Positions 56,757 to 64,000 of a stretch of 64,000 bases of DNA are shown in pieces (positions within the stretch are counted from its first letter, which is position 1; each line of letters starts with the position of its first letter). A program made the position numbers and the translations under genes. Origin of the DNA: an uncultured Gemmatimonadales bacterium (lineage in GTDB: Bacteria; Gemmatimonadota; Gemmatimonadetes; Palauibacterales; Palauibacteraceae); NCBI GenBank assembly GCA_947259585.1, contig CAMYMV010000006.1:18025-82024 (forward strand). Direction: 5' to 3'. Below the pieces are notes generated by a model, which was not told the origin of the DNA, did no database searches, and saw nothing but the letters and a program-made list of their open reading frames with translations.

Positions 56757-57965
56757 ATGGATAGAGCAGTGCTTTTGCGGTATCTCGGGCCTTTTATCGG
56801 AGCAGGCTTCGCCTTGGCTGTCGGGGCAGCTCCGATCGGGGCGTCAGCGGCCGGCCCGGCGGTCGGTGGGGCGGTGGCGGCGGGTGCATCGGCTGCGGCG
56901 GACACCCTGTTTGCCGGCGCCCGGATACCGGACGCGAACTACTGGGTGTTCGTGGCCAACGAGTCGTCGGACCTCGTCAGCCTCGTGCGCTTCGGCCCCG
57001 ATGGGGCGGCGGTGGAAGATGATCTCGAGGTCGGGATCATGCCCGCCGATCTCGACGGCGCGCACGGAGTGAGAGTTTCGCCCGACGGCCGACGCGTTTT
57101 CGTCTCGCTGGCGCACGGCACGCCCTACGGCCGGCTGTGGAGCTACGACACCGCGAACGGCGAGCTGTCCGACAGTGTGTCGGTCGGGCTCTTTCCGGCG
57201 ACGATAGCGGTCACGCCGGACGGCGGCATGGGCTTCGTCGTCAACTTCAACCTGCACGGAAACCCCGTCCCCTCTTCCGTCTCCGCGATCTTCCTCCCCG
57301 AGATGGTCGAGATGGCGCGCATCGAGACGTGCATCAAGCCGCACGGCAGCCGCGTGAACAACGCGGGAACGCGGCACTATTCGGTCTGCGTGGGAGACGA
57401 CCACCTGGTGGAGATCTCCGTGGAGCGGCTCAAGGTCCGCCGTGCCGTGAAGCTCACGCCGGGGTCGGAGCGGGTCCTGGCGAAGCCCGGCGAGGCTTCG
57501 GCGGTCCGCGCAGACAGCCCCGTCTGCGGCCCCACCTGGGCGACTCCTGCCTTCGACGATGCCCACGTGTACGTCGCCTGCAACAAGCACGGCGACGTCC
57601 TGGAACTGGACGCTGAAGACCTTACCGTCACGCGGCGCTTCGAGGCCGGAAAGGGGCCCTACAACCTGGACGTCACTTCCGACGGGCGACTGCTGCTGGC
57701 CACGAACAAAGGAGCGCAATCGGTGAGCATCTTCGACCTCGGCACCGGCGAGGAGATCGCCCGCGTCCCGACGACGCGGCCGATCACGCACGGCGTCGTG
57801 GTCAGCGCCGACGACCGGTACGCCTTCGTGTCGAACGAGGCCATCGGAGCGACACGGGGCACGATCGACGTGATCGATCTGGAATCGCTGGAGCTCGTCG
57901 CTTCAACAGAGGTCCACCACCAGCCGGGTGGCATCGACTTCTGGAGGTTCGAGCCGGCGAAGTAG
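56757..57965 (+). CDS. YVTN-family beta-propeller repeat protein (secreted)
   Basis: A signal-like N-terminus (MDRAVLLRYLGPFIGAGFALAVGAAPIGASAA). Repeated motifs follow: ...HGVRVSPDGRRVFVS, ...TPDGGMGFVVN, ...LDVTSDGRLLLATN, ...VVVSADDRYAFVSN. Confidence 0.65.
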   Translation: MDRAVLLRYLGPFIGAGFALAVGAAPIGASAAGPAVGGAVAAGASAAADTLFAGARIPDANYWVFVANESSDLVSLVRFGPDGAAVEDDLEVGIMPADLDGAHGVRVSPDGRRVFVSLAHGTPYGRLWSYDTANGELSDSVSVGLFPATIAVTPDGGMGFVVNFNLHGNPVPSSVSAIFLPEMVEMARIETCIKPHGSRVNNAGTRHYSVCVGDDHLVEISVERLKVRRAVKLTPGSERVLAKPGEASAVRADSPVCGPTWATPAFDDAHVYVACNKHGDVLELDAEDLTVTRRFEAGKGPYNLDVTSDGRLLLATNKGAQSVSIFDLGTGEEIARVPTTRPITHGVVVSADDRYAFVSNEAIGATRGTIDVIDLESLELVASTEVHHQPGGIDFWRFEPAK

Positions 57966-58035
57966 AGCCCCTTAGCCGCGGCTACGCCCTCCACTCCCTC
58001 TACCGTTCCCGCGGCCCGCAAAGGTCCTTCTTTTT

Positions 58036-58059
58036 CTACCTGTACACCTGTACAGGTAG
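58036..58059 (-). repeat. 24-bp palindromic element copy 2 (CTACCTGTACA-CC-TGTACAGGTAG, perfect)
   Basis: A perfect inverted repeat between convergent genes. Read on the minus strand it has the same flanks as copy 1 (GCGCCCT ... AAAAAGAAGG). Confidence 0.5.
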
Positions 58060-58108
58060 AGGGCGCTGCGTATGTGCGCCGGGCAAATCCCAGCATCCCT
58101 CACGAGCG

Positions 58109-58948
58109 TCAGCCGCCACCCTCCTCGGCAGCGGCCTGGAGCTCCTGGAGCCGGCGCCCGATCATCGGGTTGCCGGGAACGAGCTCCTGTGCCTTCTCGT
58201 AGGCGGCGATGGCCTCGGCCGGCTCTCCCAACATCCGGTATCCTTCACCGAGCGCGAAGTAGGAGAAACCGGACTCGGGGAAGAACTCGAGGTTCAGCTT
58301 GACGATCTCGATGCCGTCCTCCACGCGGCCCTCGCCACCCAGGCTCTCGGCGACATTGAGAAGGGTGAACTCACCGAAGTTGAAGGCGCCCTGGCCGTAG
58401 AACTCCTCCCTCAGCTCCCGGTAGCGAGCGCCAGCGGCGTCCACGCCCTCCTCGGCGATCACATGACCGAGCTCCTCCTCGAGGGTGCGTGGCACCGGCC
58501 GGCCGCGGTGGCAGGTGTAGCAGGTGAGCCGAACGGCGGGGTCCGCGCGGTCGCCGACTTCGGTCAAGCCCGGCAGGCGCTCTTCGTCCAGATACTGAGT
58601 CATCTCCAGCATGAAGCGGGCTTTCTTCTTCGTCAGCTTCTCATCCGACTCGAAGTCGAACTCCGAGAGTGGCTTTCCCTCTTCGCCTACGTGGCAATAC
58701 CAGCACCGGACGCCTAGCCCCATGGCGAAGCCGCGCATGACGCCCACCAGCTGTCGTTGCTCGATCTCCTCTGGGAGCACCTGAAGATTGTTGAACTCCT
58801 CGGGGATCTGCGCGGAACCGAGCCGGGGCAGCCCGGCGCCGAGCACCACGAGCAGGCCGAAGGCGGTGAGGAGACTCCGGCGATCGACTCGGACACGCGT
58901 AGGCAGGATTGAGCGCGGGCATCGGCTGAACGGCTCGGGTGTTCTCAC
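58109..58948 (-). CDS. Secreted c-type cytochrome-like protein (two CxxCH) with C-terminal TPR-like repeats
   Basis: A signal peptide (LLTAFGLLVVLGAGLPRLGSAQ). The heme motifs are CWYCH and CYTCH. The C-terminal helical repeats are YFALGEGYRMLGEPAEAIAAYEKAQEL. The exact start is uncertain. Confidence 0.55.
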   Translation of the reverse strand: MRTPEPFSRCPRSILPTRVRVDRRSLLTAFGLLVVLGAGLPRLGSAQIPEEFNNLQVLPEEIEQRQLVGVMRGFAMGLGVRCWYCHVGEEGKPLSEFDFESDEKLTKKKARFMLEMTQYLDEERLPGLTEVGDRADPAVRLTCYTCHRGRPVPRTLEEELGHVIAEEGVDAAGARYRELREEFYGQGAFNFGEFTLLNVAESLGGEGRVEDGIEIVKLNLEFFPESGFSYFALGEGYRMLGEPAEAIAAYEKAQELVPGNPMIGRRLQELQAAAEEGGG

Positions 58949-59061
58949 GAGGCTCCTCCTCTTGCTGTCCGGGGGTGGCGTAGATGCGATGGGTAGCCGA
59001 AGATGCGCATTAGCCTTCGATCGACCCTATCCGCTGACAACAGGAACGCAGGAGCGTCGTC

Positions 59062-62000
59062 ATGGTTCCGGTGCGACTCGAGCGATCAAAGATTCGCGCG
59101 CTTCGGCGGGCGACCGTCGCATTCCCGTTTTTCGCTATCCTTCTTGTCGTGCAGTTGTGGCTTCCCTCGGCGCTCGTGGCCCAGGCTCAGGCCGGCGCAG
59201 CCTTCGACTCCACCCTGTTCGACGGGATGCGCTACCGGATGATCGGCCCGCACCGCGGCGGCCGGGTGACGGCCGTTGCGGGGATCGCGGATCACCCGCT
59301 CGTCTACTTCATGGGCAGCACGGGCGGTGGCATCTGGAAGACCGAGGACGCCGGGAGCAGCTGGGCCAACGTCGCGGACAAGTACCTCGAATCCGCTTCG
59401 GTCGGCGCGATCGACGTCGCCGACTCGGACCCGAGCGTCATCTGGGCGGGTATGGGCTCGGCCTGCATTCGCGGCAACACCTCGATGGGCGACGGAGTCT
59501 ACCGCTCGCTCGACGGAGGGAAGACCTGGAGCCACGCCGGGCTGCGCGAGGCCGGGCAGATAGGGCGGATCGTCGTCGATCCGCGCGACCCGGACGTGGC
59601 CTTCGTCGCGGCCCTCGGCCATCCCTTCGGGCCGAATCCCGAGCGCGGCGTCTTCAGGACCCGAGACGGAGGCGCGAGCTGGGAGAACGTCCTGTTCATC
59701 AGCGACTCCACGGGTGCCGTCGACCTGGCCATGCGACCGGACAACCCCCGCATCCTCTTCGCCGGGATGTGGCGGGCGGAACGGAAGCCGTGGACGATGA
59801 TCAGCGGGGCCTCCGAGGGCGGCATCTGGCGCACGAAGGATGGAGGAGACACCTGGGAGCGGTTGGAGAAAGGGCTGCCGGAGGGCCTGGTCGGAAAGAC
59901 GGCCGTGAGCGTCTCGGCGGCCAACCCGGACCGGGTCTGGGCGCTGATCGAGGCGCCCGGGGACGAGGGCGGTCTCTACCGTTCCGACGACGGCGGGGAC
60001 AGCTGGAAGCAGGTCAACAAGGAACGCATGCTGCGCCAGCGAGCGTGGTACTACACGCACGTCTACGCCGACCCGGGAGACGAGAACACCGTCTACGTGC
60101 TCAACGTCCGCTTCTGGAAGTCGATCGACGGCGGGAAGACGTTCGAGCAGATCCAGGTGCTTCACGGCGACACACACGACCTGTGGATCAACCCGGCGAA
60201 TCCTCGCAACATCATCATCGGCAACGACGGCGGCGCCCAGGTCACGTACAACGGCGGGGAGTCCTGGTCCACGATGTACAACCAGCCCACGGCCGAGATG
60301 TACCGGCTTTTCGTTGACGATCGGTTCCCCTACCGCGTCTACGGCTCCCAGCAGGACAACAGCACGATCTCGCTGCCGAGCAAGGGAATCGGGGGGCTGA
60401 CGCCATACGAGAACTGGCGGTCCGTGGGCGGCGGCGAGAGCGGCCACATCGCCATCGATCCCAGGAACCCCGACATCACCTATGCAGGGTCGTACGGCGG
60501 CACGATCACCCGTCGGGACTACAGGAATCGCACGAACCGCAACGTCCTCTCCTACCCGCAGCTCGCGATCGGCGAGGCCGCCAAGAACCTGAGATACCGA
60601 TTCCAGTGGAACGCCCCGATCCGTATCTCTCCCTGGGATCCTGATGTCCTCTTCCACACCTCCCAGTACGTGCACCGGTCCACGAACGGTGGGCAGAGCT
60701 GGGAGACGATCAGCCCCGACCTGACACGGGACGACGCCACGAAGCAGGAGTATTCGGGCGAGCCGATCACGATGGACAACACGGGGGTGGAGGTCTACGG
60801 GACGATCTTCACCTTCGAGGTCTCGCCGTACGAGCGGGGCGTGCTGTGGGCGGGCTCCGACGATGGCCGCGTGCACATCTCCCGCGACGACGGGGCGACG
60901 TGGAGGGAGATCACGCCCTCGGCGATGCCTGAGTGGGGCACGGTGAACGCCATCGAGCTGTCAGCTCACGCGCCCGGACGCGCCTTCATCGCCGTGCACC
61001 GGTACCGGGAGGACGACTTCACGCCCTACATATTCCGGACGAACGACTACGGCGCCTCCTGGAGCCTCCTGACCCGCGACAACGGCATCGGCGCGCGCCA
61101 CTTCGTCCGCGCGATCCGGGAGGATCAGGAGCGCCAGGGCCTCCTGTTCGCCGGCACGGAATACGGGATGTATGTCTCCTTCGACGACGGAGCCCGGTGG
61201 CAGCCGCTCCAACTCAACCTGCCGGTGACACCCGTCACCGACCTCCAGGTCCATCACGGCGACCTCGTGGTCGCCACCCAGGGACGCTCCTTCTGGATCC
61301 TGGACGACCTCTCTCCGCTGCGGCAGCTGACGGGCGAAGTGGCCAGGTCGAACGCCCACCTCTACGAGCCGGCGAACGCCTACCGGGCCCGCTTCGGCAC
61401 CAGCGATCGCTTCGGGTTCGCTCCCGACACTGTGCCGACCGGCGCTCTCTTCCACTTCTACCTGGCGGAGGAGCCGACCGAGCAGGTCGCCTTGGAGATC
61501 CTCGACGAGTCGGGAGAAGCGATCCGGACCTATACGTGGGAGCCAAAGAAGGAGAAGGCGGAGGGCACGGGCGAAGAGGGTGAGGCCGGCGGTGAGGGTG
61601 GTGGCGGGGAGGCAGCCGGCGACGAAGGGAGCTCGGAAGAGCCGTTCGAACGAAGCGCCAAGGGCGATTCGATCTCCGTCCGCGCCGGGCTGAACCGGGC
61701 GAACTGGAATCTCCGCCACCAGGCCCCTGAGATCGTCGAGGGTGCCGTGTATTTCGGGCCGACCTTCGGTCCCATGGTCGCTCCGGGCCGCTACCAGGTT
61801 CGCCTCACGATCGGAGACTGGACCCAGAGTCGTGGGTTCGAGCTCCTGCCCGACCCGAGGGTGACCCTGACGGCTGCCGAGCGCGAGGCGCAGTACGAGC
61901 TCATGACCCAGGTTCGGGATCGCATCCAGGAGGCGCACGACGCCATCCGCATGCTCCGGTCGGTGCGCGAGCAGGTGAAGGCGAAGGCGGAGCTCGCGAA

Positions 62001-62337
62001 GGAGGCGGGCTTTGGGGACGGTTTCGAGGCCCAGGCGGACTCGATCGCCTCGAAGCTGACGGCGGTCGAGGATCAGCTCATGCAGACGAAGAACGAGAGC
62101 CGCCAGGACCCGCTCAACTTCCCGCCGAGGCTCGATGCGCAGCTCGTCTATCTTTACGGCGTGGTCGGAGGCGCCGACGCACCCCCGACGGACGGCGCCT
62201 ACGAGCGCTTCGACGACCTGACCCGCGAGCTGCATGCCGTTCTCTCGGAACTCCGGGAGGTGCTCGACGGCGACGTGGACGCGTTCAGCGCCGCGCTGGC
62301 CGCGGCCGGAGCGCCTGCGATCATCGTCCCCGAGTAG
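59062..62337 (+). CDS. Sortilin/VPS10-like BNR (Asp-box) repeat protein, 1091 aa, secreted
   Basis: ATG with AGGAG 8 nt upstream, followed by a signal peptide. There are many S/T-x-D-G-G-x-T-W Asp-box repeats (TEDAGSSWANV, SLDGGKTWSHA, TRDGGASWENV, TKDGGDTWERL, SDDGGDSWKQV, SIDGGKTFEQI, YNGGESWSTM, STNGGQSWETI, RDDGATWREI, TNDYGASWSLL, FDDGARWQPL). Confidence 0.75.
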   Translation: MVPVRLERSKIRALRRATVAFPFFAILLVVQLWLPSALVAQAQAGAAFDSTLFDGMRYRMIGPHRGGRVTAVAGIADHPLVYFMGSTGGGIWKTEDAGSSWANVADKYLESASVGAIDVADSDPSVIWAGMGSACIRGNTSMGDGVYRSLDGGKTWSHAGLREAGQIGRIVVDPRDPDVAFVAALGHPFGPNPERGVFRTRDGGASWENVLFISDSTGAVDLAMRPDNPRILFAGMWRAERKPWTMISGASEGGIWRTKDGGDTWERLEKGLPEGLVGKTAVSVSAANPDRVWALIEAPGDEGGLYRSDDGGDSWKQVNKERMLRQRAWYYTHVYADPGDENTVYVLNVRFWKSIDGGKTFEQIQVLHGDTHDLWINPANPRNIIIGNDGGAQVTYNGGESWSTMYNQPTAEMYRLFVDDRFPYRVYGSQQDNSTISLPSKGIGGLTPYENWRSVGGGESGHIAIDPRNPDITYAGSYGGTITRRDYRNRTNRNVLSYPQLAIGEAAKNLRYRFQWNAPIRISPWDPDVLFHTSQYVHRSTNGGQSWETISPDLTRDDATKQEYSGEPITMDNTGVEVYGTIFTFEVSPYERGVLWAGSDDGRVHISRDDGATWREITPSAMPEWGTVNAIELSAHAPGRAFIAVHRYREDDFTPYIFRTNDYGASWSLLTRDNGIGARHFVRAIREDQERQGLLFAGTEYGMYVSFDDGARWQPLQLNLPVTPVTDLQVHHGDLVVATQGRSFWILDDLSPLRQLTGEVARSNAHLYEPANAYRARFGTSDRFGFAPDTVPTGALFHFYLAEEPTEQVALEILDESGEAIRTYTWEPKKEKAEGTGEEGEAGGEGGGGEAAGDEGSSEEPFERSAKGDSISVRAGLNRANWNLRHQAPEIVEGAVYFGPTFGPMVAPGRYQVRLTIGDWTQSRGFELLPDPRVTLTAAEREAQYELMTQVRDRIQEAHDAIRMLRSVREQVKAKAELAKEAGFGDGFEAQADSIASKLTAVEDQLMQTKNESRQDPLNFPPRLDAQLVYLYGVVGGADAPPTDGAYERFDDLTRELHAVLSELREVLDGDVDAFSAALAAAGAPAIIVPE

Positions 62338-62339
62338 CG

Positions 62340-63305
62340 TTGGGGGCTCGCGTCGTCGTCGTGCTGCTGATCGCTGCGGCCTGCGGAAGCTCGCCGGAGT
62401 CGGGATCGGTCCGCGGTGACCTCACGTTCACGGTAATGGGCGACGCCCCTTACTACTGGCATGAGGCCCGCCGCTACGAGCATCTGGTCGATGCCCTGAA
62501 CGCCGACTCGCTCGATTGGGTGATCCACGTCGGTGATCTCTTCTGGAAGCCGTGCTCGGACGAGAAGATGCGCGAGCGGCTCGAGGTGTTGCAGCGGATC
62601 AGACACCCGGTGGTCTACACGCCCGGCGACAACGAGTGGACGGACTGTTGGGGGCCGCGCGAGGGTGGGTTCGAGCCCCTGGACCGGCTGGAGAGGGTGC
62701 GCGAGATCTACTTCCCGAATCCGGGCCGGAGCCTCGGAGGCACGCCGATGCAGGTCGCTTTCCAGGCTTCGGACTCCACGTGGTCGGAGTTCGTGGAGAA
62801 CCAGCGGTGGACGAGAGGTGGCATCGTCTTCGCCACGCTTCACCTCGTGGGGAGCAGTAACGGCAAGGACGACTTTCCCGGCCGGATCGAGGCCGATGAC
62901 CGGGAGGCGCAGCGCCGGACCGAGGCGGCCGCGGCGTGGCTCCGCGGCACCTTCGACGAGGCGCGCGACGCCGGCGCTCGGGCCGTCGTCCTCCTACAGC
63001 ACGCGGACCTCGTCTTCGAGGACCCGGCCGACGAGTATCGACGAGCCTTCGAGCCGTTTCTGAGCGCCCTCGAGGAGGTGGTGGCTATCTTCGACGGGCC
63101 CGTCCTGCTCGCTCACGGCGACAGCCACGACTACAACGTCGATTCACCGCTCGTGGACCGACGCACGGGACGAGCTCTCGAAAACTTCACGCGGATGCAA
63201 GTCATGGGATCTCCCGAAGTCGGTTGGGTTCGCGTCGCGGTAGATACGGCGGGGCCAACCTTCTCCTTCGAGCCGCGCCGAATCCCGGTCTGGAAGCTCT
63301 GGTGA
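62340..63305 (+). CDS. Metallophosphoesterase-like lipoprotein
   Basis: A signal peptide with lipobox-like AAAC. The motifs FTVMGDAPY, IHVGDLFW and TPGDNEWTDCW match calcineurin-like PPase motifs I to III. Confidence 0.6.
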   Translation: MGARVVVVLLIAAACGSSPESGSVRGDLTFTVMGDAPYYWHEARRYEHLVDALNADSLDWVIHVGDLFWKPCSDEKMRERLEVLQRIRHPVVYTPGDNEWTDCWGPREGGFEPLDRLERVREIYFPNPGRSLGGTPMQVAFQASDSTWSEFVENQRWTRGGIVFATLHLVGSSNGKDDFPGRIEADDREAQRRTEAAAAWLRGTFDEARDAGARAVVLLQHADLVFEDPADEYRRAFEPFLSALEEVVAIFDGPVLLAHGDSHDYNVDSPLVDRRTGRALENFTRMQVMGSPEVGWVRVAVDTAGPTFSFEPRRIPVWKLW

Positions 63306-63353
63306 GGTCGCTGCCGTGCTAAGTCAATCGCGCCAATCGAGGAAGTCGCTGAA

Positions 63354-64000
63354 ATGATCTCCCGCGACCCAATGGACCGGGAGGCCTTGCAGCTTCGCAT
63401 GAAGAAGCTCTTCACCGAAGGCTTCACGGTCCTCGACATCGCCGAGCCGCTGCTTTCGTTCGACGCGCCCGCCGAAGCCGCTGCAGCCTTGGCGGCGATG
63501 GAAAGGTCCCGCGATCCGGTCGGGGGCGTGCGGCGCGACGGCCGGGTGTCCGGGTACGTCCGCGCCAGTGATCTTCAGTCGGGAGGCGCCTGCGCGGATC
63601 ACGTTCGGGAGATCGATCCAGCCCGTGTCGTCCTGCACCGCGCTTCCCTTCCCGAGGTCGTCGAGCGTCTCGGCGAGGGCCGCGAGTATTGTTTCGTGTC
63701 TGTCCTTGGCCAGATCGACGCCTTCGTGGTGCGCGCGCACTTCGAGAAGCCACCGGCCAGGATGTGGCTGTTCGGCATGATCACGATCGCGGAGATCTTC
63801 CTCACCGAGACCATCGAATCGCTGTATCCCGACGACATCTGGACCGACCTCGTCTCGACCGGGCGGATGCGAAAAGCGCGAGAGCTCCACGCCGAGCGAA
63901 CGAGACGCCAGCAGCCGGTGCGGCTGGTGGACTGCCTCCAGCTGAGTGACAAGATGCAGCTCCTGGTTCGAGAAGAAGAGTGGCGCGAGGAATTCGGGTT
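63354..64000 (+). CDS. CBS-domain-containing protein, 3'-truncated by window edge (ORF absent from the track)
   Basis: ATG at 63354 opens a 215-codon frame with no stop to nt 64000. Codon use is GC3-rich and native-like. A CBS-pair-like N-terminus (FTVLDIAEPLLSFDAP...GYVRASDL...ARVVLHRASLPEVVERL) is followed by a hydrophobic segment. Track ORFs here are antisense or out of frame and look non-native. Confidence 0.5.
   Translation, partial: MISRDPMDREALQLRMKKLFTEGFTVLDIAEPLLSFDAPAEAAAALAAMERSRDPVGGVRRDGRVSGYVRASDLQSGGACADHVREIDPARVVLHRASLPEVVERLGEGREYCFVSVLGQIDAFVVRAHFEKPPARMWLFGMITIAEIFLTETIESLYPDDIWTDLVSTGRMRKARELHAERTRRQQPVRLVDCLQLSDKMQLLVREEEWREEFG

Noticed and set aside
63324-63890. Minus-strand 188-aa ORF at the 3' end
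   Set aside because: It is antisense to a longer stop-free plus-strand frame that has native codon usage and CBS-like sequence, and it carries no recognisable motifs.

Overview
This is a high-GC (~68%) bacterial chromosomal segment, gene-dense and compositionally typical of Gemmatimonadota-like genomes. A mostly co-directional minus-strand block runs from about 50.3 kb down to 2.7 kb. It carries housekeeping genes: uvrA, mutS, ruvCAB, tgt-queA, yajC, def-fmt, thiESG, rsmB, tsaD, lgt, a TamA/TamB-like pair, htpX, ddl, cystathionine beta-synthase, holA, an ECF sigma/ZAS anti-sigma pair, two M16 peptidases and an EF-G paralog. At the 5' end there is a small envelope-associated block: a DUF11-repeat surface lipoprotein, PspA co-operonic with a membrane-anchored YbjN-like protein, and an 828-aa very acidic lipoprotein. 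A plus-strand block at 50.9-63.3 kb encodes secreted and outer-membrane proteins: a gluzincin-like lipoprotein, an OM beta-barrel, a Big_2/LVIVD lipoprotein, a YVTN beta-propeller, a sortilin/BNR protein and a metallophosphoesterase. The ORF track misses one RNA gene, RNase P RNA (rnpB, minus strand, about 50252-50650). Spurious long ORFs cover it and force trimming of the adjacent M16 peptidase start. Many track ORFs carry artefactual N-terminal extensions. I re-called starts from conserved N-termini, SD motifs and stop/start couplings of the ATGA or GTGA type. Notable non-genic structures are listed here. A 23-nt tandem triplication at the rsmB/PASTA junction builds a relay of two 8-codon mini-ORFs, each coupled by ATGA to the next start. 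A 9-bp tandem array in the thiE-thiS spacer encodes a Val/Ala-rich 24-codon mini-ORF ATGA-coupled to thiS. A 24-bp perfect palindrome occurs twice with shared flanks, at 12.4 kb and 58.0 kb. A 560-bp lower-GC intergenic island upstream of the acidic lipoprotein contains a sigma54-like -24/-12 motif. Several in-frame acidic or Gly-rich VNTRs lie inside uvrA, the TamA-like gene and the tgt-yajC spacer. I found no CRISPR array, no tRNA, no recognisable mobile element, and no obvious defence or toxin cassette. The candidate under-described systems are the YbjN-like membrane protein/PspA module with its flanking surface proteins, and the mini-ORF relay structures.
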